From Epiperipatus broadwayi (Eukaryota > Animalia > Onychophora), in assembly GCA_028023455.1 (NCBI GenBank), contig JAQFVV010000007.1, positions 12,524,001-12,588,000 on the forward strand: a stretch of 64,000 nt of DNA, read 5' to 3'. This document shows, one piece after another, positions 39,791 through 52,676 of this stretch. Within the stretch, counting starts at the first letter, position 1. The number at the start of each line of letters is the position of its first letter. The notes beneath the pieces were generated by a model that saw only the letters and a program-made list of their open reading frames with translations, ran no database searches and was not told the DNA's origin. A program made the position numbers and the translations under genes.

Positions 39791-40673
39791 TAAAAAATAT
39801 TAGCAAGGTATTTGATCTACTACATTATACATAAATATATAATTGAAATACTAACACCTTCAAGTATTTGTACTTATGAAATAAATAATTGATACATATG
39901 AAATGAAATATGCAATATCTATTTTGTAAGAGGTCATATTTGAAAACAGGGAAAAAAATAAAAATCAATAAAATATTTGACAAAAATTGTCAATCAAAAG
40001 AACAATACAAATATTTATTACTCACATATTAAATTGTGCAATAACAAAATAATGTTGAAAGTAAAAATTTATTTAAAAAATCTTTTTAGATAATAGTCCA
40101 TATTACTGTCTTTGAAGCTTGGAAGAAAATGGAGGATGTTTTTTTCACATTCTCACATATAAATTATGAAAAGTGCAGTCAAGATTTCTCTATGATTGCA
40201 TCTGAACAGAAAATTTTTGAAGCAATAAAGTACTATAAATATATTACTGCACAAATCTTGAAAAAATGAACTTTCAATTAAAATATTAGGAAGAAAAGAC
40301 TTCAAAGTTTTACACCACTAACTGTGAAGAACAATGCAACTTTGTCAATATTAGACACTTTTGCTATGGAAACTTAAATAATTTGTATTAAAAGAAAATT
40401 AACCAAATTGTACATTAAAATATAGTTGTATCTTAAAATTATATATATATTCAATAAAATGTATAATGGTTGATATTGATCTGTTAAGAAATGTAGTACA
40501 ATAAAATGTAAAATATGTACAGATATGTTACGAGTGCTACAAGTCAGCAGAAACAGTTAAAAAAATAAAATAAAATATTTTTTTTTGTAAATTAAAAGAG
40601 AGTGTTACATTACACCATCTGAAAGAGAAGTGAAATATTATTTTCATGTCACTATATATATATATTGAAATAG

Positions 40674-40708
<35 letters not shown>

Positions 40709-40721
40709 ATATATATATATA

Positions 40722-40865
40722 TATTAAACATTAAATCACCCCACATTGTTAAGAGATCTGGTATCCCCCTCTGTGAACTAATATATAAATACATGTATTT
40801 ATATATTAGTTCACAGAGGGTGGTACTGAATTTCTTAACCATGTGGGGTGATTTAATATTTAATA
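40722..40865. repeat. ~145-bp foldback with a perfect 54-bp spacerless core, abutting (TA)n
   Basis: 40767-40820 is a perfect palindrome centred on ACATGT; the outer arms (ATTAAATCACCCCACAT / ATGTGGGGTGATTTAAT) are imperfect. Confidence 0.95.
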
Positions 40866-42800
40866 TTTGTATAATTATTTCAGTATAGCATTATGCATTG
40901 GGATTATTATATATATGCAAAGGAATTATTATAGGAGATATTGTTAGCTTTCACAATAGATTTTTATGACAATAAATATGATTATTAGCAAAATTTTATG
41001 ACCAAGTAGTAGACATTGAATATCATTGGTGATTAAAATCTACCACTTATTACTTCTTATCAGCATTATATATTGTTGATAGTTTCCTCAGAATAAATAT
41101 TGTTGTTTCATAATTTTTGATTGTAGTATTAATGTTATCCTAAGTGTTAACAATCCACAAATTTGTCTTAAAGTAGCTTTTAACATAATGTTTTTATTGC
41201 CATTAAAATAAAAAAAATCTGAAGAAATGAGCATCTTTTGGACTGCAACTAAGATTAAAAACTTCTTTAAACTTTGATAGAAGGAAACATCTACAATACA
41301 CACATTCCTATTATCTAATGTTTATGTGATGATTTTGAAGTATAATGAAATATTATTTTTCCCATTGTTTATAAAGTATTTTTGATTATTTTTAGACACT
41401 AATTGATTGATTATTAGAAATAAATACATAATAAACTTTTAATTTATTCAATTATGTTTTACTTTTAGAAATAGAAGTTAATAAACTTCAGTAATAAAAA
41501 GAAAACAAACTACAGCATCTATTACATCATTATCTGTCAAAATTGACTTGGTATTAAAATCTACTAAAGTATTGTATTATTTCGTAAGAACACATAAATT
41601 TTAAATCAGAATTTGTTAGAGTTTTATAAATTTATCTTCATTCATTTATGTTAATAATAAAAGCTTAAAGTAAAAACTAATTTGTTAATTTTAATTTTAG
41701 TGTTTATGTAAATAGCTATGATTTACTAATAGGTCAGTATTTAAAAATGTAAAATTGTGAAATGTGATATTTTAGAATATTATTTGCTTATAAAATTAAA
41801 TGAAAAGAAAATGAAGTCCAATTTATTGAGTTTTAGTATAAAATACAGATTTACAAAAAAACAGAAAGATTATGCATTCCCAAAAACTCTCATTATGTAA
41901 AACAATAAAAGGTGTCAGAAACCCAAATAGTTAACAATATTACTTTCAACATTTTCTTTATTTAATTTACTAATCAAATTAGTTATCATTATTGTTTCTG
42001 TCTCTTTTTACCTTTTTTTTATATTACAGTTTTCAGTGACTTAGACCACTACAGGCTTCATGTCCCACTCATATCAAGATAATATAGCTTCATTTACTGT
42101 ACCAATAAGATTTTGTGACACTTTTCTTTACAATGGCTTATTTATTTTATTAATTATTTGTTGAATCTCTGTTCAAAACTATCACAAATGAAATAAAGCA
42201 TTGTAAAAATTGTACTAATTTTTTTTTATAGATTTAAAGTAAATTTTTAAAAATAAAATATATTTAAAAAATATAAATGTAAACATGAAATAATTTAATT
42301 TGTATTAATTATTATAAAAATATTTTGGAAAAATAATATAAATATTTGAATTAAGTTCAGAAAAATGATATTTTCTAATTTTATCAGAACAATGAAAGGT
42401 TTGTGTCTATGTTTGTTATACACTCTTATGATCAAACTATAGGCTCCTCAGATAATGAGTAAACAAGGGAAAAATTAGTGTTCTCTTTGAAGTTTCCTTT
42501 GGGAGCTATTGACATCTTTAGTTTTCTTTTATTATAATGGCTTAGTATTTAGATTAATTCATGATTTTACTGGAAAATTGAATTTAATAGGGGAAAAGAG
42601 TAACATTAAAAATGATTGAAAAAAAAAAGAACTTAAAATAACTGCATTCAGCACTCTTACTGATCATGGTAAAAATCATAGCTCATCAATGATTTAATAA
42701 CAGATACAATGAAATAATAAGAAAGAAGTTTTGAACATCTTCCGTGCTACTGGTGAACATTTAACCACATAGATACTTTTAATTTGCTACATTGTATTGA

Positions 42801-42884
42801 TTAATATATATAATGTAAATAAATAAACTCTGCCTTCTATTATTAATATATATAATGTAAATAAATAAACTCTGCCTTCTATTA
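42801..42884. repeat. Perfect 42-bp tandem duplication
   Basis: TTAATATATATAATGTAAATAAATAAACTCTGCCTTCTATTA occurs twice. Confidence 0.95.
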
Positions 42885-43094
42885 TAGAATTATTTTTCTC
42901 TGTTTAACTCACACATATATATGTTTTCTTAATATATCTATCTATCTGAGGAATATAATTTTAATCTTTAAGATTTTATCAGGCGCTCTTTGTCTAGCAG
43001 TCAAACATAATATTTTATATGCCTGTTTATATAGTTTTACTTCAAATTCTCTCAAATATTGGAAATTTTATACTTTATATTACTTCTTTTTTCA

Positions 43095-43165
43095 TGTTGA
43101 CTGGGAAGCAAACCCGGGCCAGCTGCTTGGAAGGCAGCTATGCTAACGACAAGGCCACATTACTT
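43095..43165 (-). pseudogene. tRNA-Gly(TCC) pseudogene or SINE head
   Basis: Minus strand GTTAGCATAGCTGCCTTCCAAGCAGCTGGCCCGGGTTTGCTTCCCAGTCAAC matches metazoan tRNA-Gly-TCC. The acceptor stem and T-loop are damaged, and an A-rich tail follows. Confidence 0.75.
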
Positions 43166-43625
43166 TTTTATATTTTTGCAAGTTATAATGAGATTTTCAT
43201 GCATGATGTAAAATGAAGAAAACAGCTGTTTTATTTTTACCCAAGAATAGAAAGATGACCAGTTGCATCCAATTTTGTAGTAATTAACCATTTCATATAT
43301 AAACCAACTTATAAAAATCCTAAGCCAGACCATAGATTTATGTAAATCGGACTACTCCAGGTGATGGCCAACTTATAAATGATTTTTTTAATTAGCTCAT
43401 ATTTTTTTTGTTATTATTAAAATTTTACCCAAAAACAATAATAAAGATATAAAATAATAGTTGTATATTTTGTATTTTATTAGTATCTTTCTTATATCAT
43501 CTTTACTGTATGAAAACATCTACCAGTGCAGAACCTCAGTTTATCCTCTGTCATTATCATTGATTTCATAATAGCCTTTGCTTTTCAGCACTGCTTAAAC
43601 ATAAACACAGGGAATATTATATATA

Positions 43626-43800
43626 TATGTTAAAACGAAGATTTGCACGGGTTAAATATATAAAATACATATTTTGCGGGTTCATCCGTGTTAAAAACTT
43701 TTAATATCAATATGGCTTGTGTGACCAAGTCGAAACGTCAGTATATTGATATTAAAAGTTTTTAACACGGATGAACCCGCAAAATATGTATTTTATATAT
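43626..43800. mobile_element. Young PLE-pLTR-like fragment folded back on itself: perfect 58-bp arms around a half hammerhead
   Basis: Arms 43656-43713 and 43743-43800 are perfect reverse complements. The spacer GGCTTG-TGTGAC-CAAGTC GAAAC GTC AGT gives stem II, GAAA and a GUC site, with no CUGAUGA. Confidence 0.75.
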
Positions 43801-44499
43801 ATACACACACAGAGATAACTTTATCTTTTTGATGTTGCAAAAAAACTATCAATTACTACTAATAGGCAATCCTTCTATTAATAAACAAGTTTTCACCATT
43901 AATCTATAATAGCTATTTTATTTCCCCCTTTTACTTCAATAAATACCAACAAAAGAGCTATGTGGCCAATGGAGAGAACTTGTTTAGTCTCAGAAGAATT
44001 ATCAATTAGTAGTATTTGATTGTCTTTTGGCAATATCAAAAATGTAAAATTATTTCTCTTTACATGGATATAATCTCTTAATTTTTATTCCTTATCAAAC
44101 TAAAAATGTATAAAAAATATAAATTAAATTTATACATTATAATAATGTTAATGTTATTTACCCTCTTTAGACATTTTCCATTATTTTCAGTGGTAACATT
44201 TGCTGAAAAAAATATTTTCATCAAAAGTTTAAGCTTCAAATATCAGAAAGTTACTATGGAAAGCATAAGTAAATAGCATTAGCATTATTACATATTTATG
44301 CAGTATTTAATTAATTAATTAATTAATTATATATCCTTTCAGGTATACTAAAAACTTACAATCAATCATATATTTCTCATTTCTATAAATCATGATTTGG
44401 AAAAAGAAAATGACCTCCATAATGCAAACTTTATGTTGAATCAGTACCCATCAGTTGATACATATCTCTTATAATTGACTTCTTCACTTGTTCCATATT

Positions 44500-45350
44500 T
44501 ACTATTACTAAATTATTACATTTTGATTTCAAGTGTCAATCTTTCTGCGGTTACATCTATGACCACAATCACTTCAGTTTATTAAACGCATTAAATTTGA
44601 TAATGTTTCTAATACAGATACAGACTTTAAACATAATTAAAAATTAAAATCTAGAATAAAAATTGATATATATATATATATTCGAATAGTAGTTTTATTG
44701 CTCGTGAGTTCATAAGACTGAGCTTCAGAGTGTTGCCCGTGGATTTTAGATTCTAAACTCTGATACTTTACCAGGATCTAAACCACGCAAAGTAAAAACA
44801 TGTGTTATATATATATATAGTATCGATTTTTACTACCAATCCGTAGAATTAAAAAAAAGATTTAATTATTTGATATATATAAATCGTCAGTAAATCATTT
44901 CATACTATTTAGATGTCGGAATAGATAATAAAGCTATAAATATCATACGCAATAGACAACAATGTATTTATTTACGAACTTCATAATCTGTTGCCGTTTT
45001 TGTTTTTGCGATGTAATTATTTTAGATGCTTAGATATATGAGTTTTTACAATACGTTTTTAATATTTACATTTCAACATTTTAATTTACCTTGTAATTTA
45101 CCCTCGTATTATTTATGAAAAATTATTTATTTTCTTGACATTTTGCCATTTAATTAATGTAATAAGTTAATCACTTTTTCTCTCTTCCTCCACAACTATC
45201 TTGATTGAAATTCTGTGTAATTAATTTGAACGAAACTCATGAATAACTGCATTTTTTTATGTTATAAAAGTGATATTCTTCTAACTATGAGCTAATAATG
45301 GGTATTAACCTTTGATTTGTAAGACATAGTCGGATGTGCTTTGCAATAAT
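44500..45350. promoter_or_regulatory. CpG-retaining island (candidate unmethylated regulatory region or young insertion)
   Basis: About 18 CpGs counted by eye in 850 bp, in an otherwise CpG-poor background. Confidence 0.45.
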
Positions 45351-46049
45351 ATATATATAAAATGATTTCATCTTTGTGGTAACACAAATTTCACAATCCA
45401 TTTCAATTTGTAGTAAAAGACAAATTTTATTTGCATATATATGAAAAATATATGCAACTAATAATCTAGATATGGAAAGTAATTTATTATATAAAAAAAT
45501 CTTTTTAGTAAAAATTATTTGCCAATAAAAGCAAAAATAAAATTTATTATTATTATATTTGAAAGTTAATCATTATCATCATTATCGTTTAGAATCATTA
45601 TGACCACTATATGTAAAAGCTTATTGATATTTAATCCACCATCTTTTACCCATAGCTATTTATTTCTTTATCACTCTTAGATACTTCTTTATCTCACTTA
45701 TTTTTCTTATATGTGGTTTCTTTCCGGGTATTTAATATTTTTGGTATACTGTTTAGGGCTGGGTTAACAAACTTATTTTTAATGTAAAATTATACCTGTT
45801 TTTTGTGTGTGTGCCCATGCACTTTTACTTCTTATTTTTTTTTGTTATTTTTAATATTTATCTTCATACTTTATTGTGTGAACTGATGTTTCTGCATTTG
45901 TGTTCTATTAAACATCAAAGATTCATTTTTGTATATAAGAACTGGTGAAAGACATCTATTCAAAAACTTTATTCAAATGCACAATAATAATTTTTTTTAA
46001 TATTAACTTATTTCTGCCAAAAACAAATACTATCCATGTTTATTTATGA

Positions 46050-47080
46050 CTACATTTAATCATTATATACACATTTGTTTAATAAACTGATTGATGTATT
46101 GTATGTAATAGTTATTATTTTTAAATTTATTATTACAAATCTTCTATTTTTATATGAAAAGCTATTGAATATTACTTTAATATCTGACATTTTTATTTTT
46201 AGTCCTACTTTATTGCATTTATTAACATCTTTTGCCAAATTTCTTAAAACTTTGGAATATTATTTACAAAAACAACAACATAATCTGTAAAAACTAAGTA
46301 ACTCAAACCAGTTCCTTTTGTTTGTATTTCTTTAATCTTCCTATTTTAATTCACAAAATATTTTATATAAAACTTCTGTAAAACGTTGTGGAGATATGGA
46401 ATCACATACTTGTACATCCATATTAATGCTAATTACCTTAATCATGTGATTTAATCACTGCTGTTTATTTTGATAAATGTTTGTCAAATTATTGCAATAT
46501 TCTGGATCAATGTCTTGATCTTCTTTCATATAATTTATGCTATAAATGAATTCATAGCTTATTGGAAAGTCATATTAACTGACATTTTTCAAGCAAAACT
46601 ACTTTTAAATCGGCCTTGATCTCTTAATTGTTTGCAATCCAAAGTTTTATCACTCTCAATATATATCTTGCATAGAACTGATATAAGATTGACAGTTCTG
46701 TCATTTTTAATATTTTTTTTTTTTTTACTTTCCTTAAATATCAATATCATTACTACATTCTTCGAATTATCAGGTATAATGATAAGCCAATAATGTATCA
46801 ATTATTTTTGCCAACTGCTCTTAAGATACAATATAATTCCATCATGCCCTCTAACTTTGAAATCAAGAAATGCCACATCTCATCTTCTCAGTGCCTAATA
46901 TTTTTTAATTGAAACATCGATTTTCTGAAGGCAATAAGAGGGTGAAAGTCATCATTTTTCATACTTTCAATAATGATGACAAATTCAATAGACCCACATT
47001 TCCAATGCATTATAAAAATATCAGCTTAAGCTGTAGTTTGTCATCAGAGGAAAAAACATTAAAAAATTTCTCATTTTGAT
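46050..47080 (-). mobile_element. Decayed RTE-like LINE RT fragment
   Basis: GHDGII, IPDNSKNVVMILIFK.SKKK.IKNDRTVNLISVLCKIY, LD.KQLRDQGRFKS, KVGLKIKMSDIKVIFN. Confidence 0.75.
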
Positions 47081-47499
47081 TTTATGCTGTTTAGTTGATA
47101 ATGATTTTTTACTTTACACTTGAATGTGGAGAAAGAATAAATGAATTAGAAAATCCCTATAATGTTAAATGGGACCCTGCCAGATTTTGTAAAGCAGGAA
47201 AAAGATGAAAATAAAATGTATCACACTTGCATATTTTACTATGAAGGGATAAAGATTGGAATTTATTGTAAGCAAACAATTTGGGAACAGAATTGTGGAA
47301 ATTGATGGTATATCAAATAGAATAATAAAATTAATTACTCAATTTAATCATGGTTGGTTTGACACAGTAGTAAATTTGTATGATCTGGAACAGCTGATGT
47401 TTCTATAACTTGTGGTTCTCATCTGTCATTGCTAGTGTTTGAACTCATCACGTCCAAAAATATATGTAATATGCTCCAAAGTAATGAAACAGATTATTT

Positions 47500-47830
47500 T
47501 TATTTAGAAACACAGAACACTTTTGATCATACTAAACACAATTGTCATGGAAGATTTTAATGGGAGAAGTGGAAAACAATTGAAAGAAGAAAGTGCTGTG
47601 AATGTATTTACATATGGGGAGAAAATAAGAGCTTGTGAAAAATATGTATGAGAAACATTCAAAGTAAAAATGAACTTGAAATCATTCAAACAGAAATGCA
47701 GACTAATTGTACTATATTTTGACAGGCAATATATATTTATATATGTATATATTATGAACACAATGTTTGTAATAGATCCAACGTAGAAAATGATCATCAG
47801 CTAGTAAGAAACAAAATATGCATTAATGCA
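47500..47830 (+). mobile_element. Decayed APE endonuclease fragment of a LINE
   Basis: IVMEDFNGRSGK (cf. GDFNA), YIMNTMF and NDHQLVR (cf. SDH) in order. Confidence 0.5.
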
Positions 47831-48581
47831 AATGTCATAAGACAACATTAACATTGATATTACTAAAATTTATGAATATTTTAAAGAATTGAATCTATAA
47901 TTTGCAAATCATTTTAAAATATTAGCATCAGTAACTAACTACTCTGGCTTTAGTAAGATAAATCATAAAATAAATGGCATTCTGTTAATATTAGCTACAC
48001 AGATAAATTGTACAAAACTGCAGTAAATCACCAGTTAATTTTGCAAGAAAAAAATATTGGCATTATTTTTTAAAAAGATGAATCACATCATGAAATCTGC
48101 TGCAGAAGTCTATAAAATACAGATCAAGAAACAAAGTGTAGTCCTTATATTATAATCAACATCATTTGAAATTTCAAGTGCTTTAAATAGAGGAGTGAAA
48201 CACACAATAAAAGTATGAAGTGTAAGTAGATTCAGAACAAGTAATATACTTATAAAATTCTTCTATGGTTCCAGTTATAATCATAAGACTTCTTGGATAA
48301 AGGCAAATCCCAGAACTTGGGATGATTCCTGAAATGCATCACTGTAGGGTAATCATGGATTAATGAAGCTTATTATAAAAAGATATTGAGTAGAGTGTTT
48401 CTTCTTTTCATCACATATGTTTAAAAAAAATTGTTTAAAAATAGTATGTATTGATAAAAATGAATTGATCAATCACAAAAACTATATCTCAACACTGTAA
48501 AGTATATTGTCCTAGAACTGAAAATCATTAGATTGCCTTGGAGATACAATATCATTTCATAAACATATTCATATAGTTATA

Positions 48582-48910
48582 TGAGGGGGTACCCAAAAGT
48601 AACCAGAATGTTATAATAAAAAGTAGTCATTTTTTTTAAGTGTTATAAATTTAAACTCTTTCAAATGACTATCCATTGATACAATACACTGGTCTAAATA
48701 TGTTTTTCATTTTTTAAAGTAGTCCAGAACAACTTGCAAAGTTACGCCTTTTAACACCTTTGTTGGGTTTTCTTACTATGTCTATGTCTGCAAGGAAAAC
48801 AAATGGATTGCAACATTTTTTTTTATTCAAGAGATTAAAAAAAATCCATGAAGTGAGATTCAGCAAATATAGCTGATAGATAAGCTGGATCATGCCAAAT
48901 TTAATTAAAT
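48582..48910 (-). mobile_element. Mariner-like transposon 3' end
   Basis: TA|TGAGGGGGTACCCAAAAGTAACC, a mariner-type TIR with CpG decay. The minus strand encodes decayed HPPYSPDLAP-like and LDQCIVSNG..FE C-terminal motifs. Confidence 0.7.
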
Positions 48911-49913
48911 TGTTTCACACTCAAGACTTCAAAGAGATGACATTTGTTGGGGTGGAGCTTGCACTTCTTTCTTTTCCACAAAATGGAATGATTACATTTT
49001 ACTACATCAGGTAAATGTTTCAGAACTTAAAGATAAAATTCTGACTGTTATAAACTAACTATGAGAGAAAAATTCTATTTGCACCAAAAAAGTCAGTGTT
49101 GTTTTACTTTTTATTACATATAAAATAAACTTTATTATTTATAAATTATGTACAAGTACATATGTACAGGGGAATTTTTTTATATGACATAGGATTCACA
49201 TCTTGTAAAATATATTTATTATTACTAGTGTCTAAAGGAAGATTAGGTTTAAAGTATAATTGTTGTTTGACTTTGGACTTCATTTTCCAAGCCTTTTCGC
49301 GACATGGTGAATTTAACTTTTCAATTAAACCACTCATAAATTTGTGTTTTCATGATATCAGCTTGCTATATAATCTAATTCAAACATTACAACTGTTTTT
49401 CTGGTCATTTTCTGTTATAAAAATAGAATTTCACATTGTTTGAACTTTTTAACTATTATAAAAGAAATAACAAATACATGAAATGGACATTACGAAAATT
49501 GTGCTATGTGGTTCTTAACAAGGCAATGACATTTGGTAGACTGATGCAGAATGTTTCCTGCAATAAGTATGTAACACCTGAAATATATATGACAGCAGGT
49601 GCACAAATCAGAGAACAAATCCAGTTATTTTTGGTTTTATTTTTGGTTTCCTTCTCATATATAAAAGATTTTATTCAAGAGAAACAAAAATCATATTTAT
49701 TATAAATTACAACTTATAATTAAAATATGAAGAACTATAACATGAATCTTATTACTGTATATATATATATAAATGCATAAAGAGGAACTGCAATCTCTGC
49801 TATATTTGTTTTCTGCTTTTCTTGTGTACATTGCCTATTACAATATTGTTGTTATGTTTTGATTACAATATAATACATTTGATTTTTCAACAGCAAATGT
49901 AAAATACTTTTCA

Positions 49914-49946
<33 letters not shown>

Positions 49947-50673
49947 ATAATATAGATGTTTTATATGAATATTATGCATACATAAATTAAAATTATAGTA
50001 TAAACAAAACAAGAATATGGGGATATTAATGATAAATTGGCAGGAGTACATTTATACTTAACTATGTATTCATTCATTTCATATTATCTCAAAAAATAAA
50101 ACTATCATATTTTTATTTTTTAAAGGTCAACAAATAGTCAAATCCTGACTTTCATTGCAATTAAATATGCACTGGGTTATATGCTTTTTCTTCAATATTT
50201 TTTTCCTATTAAAATATCACAGCAAACTGTACTACTTTTCTAATTTTTCTGATGTTTTAAATCCATATCAACTTTACCGACATTCTTTAATTTCATAAAA
50301 TTTTTAGCATTACATTTAGAAATCAACTCATTACATAAAATACTGTAAATCAAATTTCAAAAGAATAATAAAAAGAATAAAATGTATCTTATTTTCAACA
50401 TAAACAGCAGAATATTTATTAATCCTTCTGCATTTCATCGTATTCTTTGTTTTCACATTCAACATAGAACTTAAGACCAAACCATTATTACTTACCAGAA
50501 AATAATAAATTTGGCTTCATTTGATAGAAATTTTGTTTATTACTAAAATCAGTTTTAAATATTCACATTTTATTTTTATAAATATTAAAAAATGAGATTA
50601 TAATCAAAATATAAAGCTTCATATATTATCATTTTTGGAAAGATTATTTTCATTTTAGAAAATCAATGAAATT

Positions 50674-52676
50674 GGTATTAATCCTTTAGACCTGCACACC
50701 ACTTGATGACATTATTTATGTGTTAAATCATATAATAATGTATTTTAAGTGGCTGCAGGACATATGTTATGTCTAATACACCCTGTTCATTGTATTAGAC
50801 ATTGCACATAAATATTATGACCTGCTTTGTGCTTTGTAAGAACTTTATGTGAATTGTCACACATAAACTTTCTCTTTCACCCTATGTGAGGGTGTGTAGA
50901 TGTCAACTGTTTTAAAGTTCTTACTTTGAAATTTTTTTTTGGCAAATGGAAATCACTCAATTTGACTAAAATAAAATTGTCACCAAGTTCAATTCGTCCT
51001 GAAGAGAAATTTGAAGGTGACAAAAACAGTTTGAATGTAAGAACAAACTAAATTCTGAGAAGGTCACATGTCATGTACACCTTCTTGAGACAAACAAAAA
51101 TGGTGCATTTTAGCAAACAAATCATCTGCTTGAAAAAATTGCCATCAACAGAATTCAAAGCTGTTTCATTTCTGCAAGCAAAAAATGTTCGAATAAATAA
51201 GAAGACCTGCATTTGTGGATCATCGATGAGAATTTATATTACAACAAGTCAGTTCAGATGTTTGTCACATTCGTGAATCAAAGGTGTTCTGTAAGGAATG
51301 GGAGTTGGTTTGACATTTCAAGAATCCCAATGTCTAAAGTGCTCCATGTTATCTACTACTGTAGCTGTGAACAGTTAACAATAGAAGGCATCTTCTCAGA
51401 GCTTGAATTATCCAAAAATGCCATTCTGTATTGGAGCAATGGGCTGCATGAGATGTGCCATGAGAGCCTGGAAGCCAAACTTGTCATCAAATAGGCAGGC
51501 CCAGTTTGATTGTCAAGGTCGATGAGACTATGTGCAGTCATCGTAAAAACCACCAAGGCCATGTCCTTCCACATCAGTGGCTTTTTGGGGGTGTATGTCA
51601 TGTTAGCAGGGAATGTTTTCTAACAGCTGTTCCTTCCCAATCAGCATCCACACATATGCAGGCCCTGAAAGACTACGTGAAGCTTGAGTCAATTATCTAC
51701 TCTGATTGTTGGTGTGGCTACAAGACTGTAGATCTGTAGGCTGCAGGCTTTCAACACCTGACAGTTATCCACCATTACAACTTTGTGGACCTGACCACAG
51801 GCATTCACATGCAAAATGTCAAGCATCTTTGGGATTTGTTGAAGTGGCAACACTGTAAACAATGCAAAACTTTCAGGAAATTGCTGGACAACTACCTGGC
51901 AGAATTTATTTGGCATCATCTGCATAAGGAGAAAGACATTTTTCTGGCCATCCTCTCAGAGATGTCTGTGAGAACCAATCCTCCACAGCATCAGCTTCTT
52001 TAGAAACTTGTAAAACTGTTGTTTTTTTTTTTTGTAGCTGTTGTTATTCATATTTCACTTGAAATTTGTTTTGTATTTTGATGAATAAAAAAAAAAACAC
52101 TTTTCATTGCTGTATTTGTGTTTAGATGTGTGTGTGTTTGTGTTATGAAAAGCATTATTTTTTCTTAACAGCTAAAGGATTCATACCAATTAATGATTTA
52201 AAAAAATAAACTAATCTTAAGACAAAAACCAATTGATTTCATGTTTTGATTAATAAAAATGCAAAACAATTTTCCAAAAAGCAAAACAGTTTTTATTGCT
52301 CTTTTTCTGTTTATATGTGTGTGCATGTCTGGATTTTAAAAAAAGGTTGACAATGTTTATAAAAAAAATGTTGAACCAAAAATTAACCATAACATCATCT
52401 AAAAAAAAAGACCAAAAACAATTAAACTATTTTATCAAATTAATGCTGGCCCTGTAAAGTTACAAGCCATGTCAGTATTATTAAAAAATTAAAAAAAAGG
52501 TTGACAATGTTTATTAAAAAAATAAAAAATTGAACCAAAAAATAATCGTAACAACATCATAAAAAAAAAGAAGATAAAAAACAATTAAAATATGTAGTAA
52601 AATTAAAGTTGGGCCTTGTAATGTTATATTTTATGTGATGCCATCAAGCGGCATGTACATATAAAGGATTAATACC
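50674..52676 (+). mobile_element. Merlin (IS1595/ISXO2-like) DNA transposon, ~2.0 kb
   Basis: Imperfect ~35-bp TIRs starting GGTATTAATCCTTTA; 8-bp TSD ATGAAATT (50666-73) / ATGAAATC (52677-84). There is a subterminal ~150-bp tandem duplication at ~52340-52620. Confidence 0.9.
51073..52003 (+). pseudogene. Merlin/ISXO2-like DDE transposase pseudogene
   Basis: Zn-ribbon CICGSSM..FRC, SVRNGSWF, IGRPSLIVKVDET, WLFGG, IIYSDCWCGY, HLTVIHHYNFVDLTTGIHMQNVKHLW, YLAEFIW. Two frameshifts (~51270, ~51490) and one TAG (51737). Confidence 0.9.

Noticed and set aside
51356-51925. Minus-strand ORFs within the Merlin element
   Set aside because: Antisense to the transposase pseudogene.
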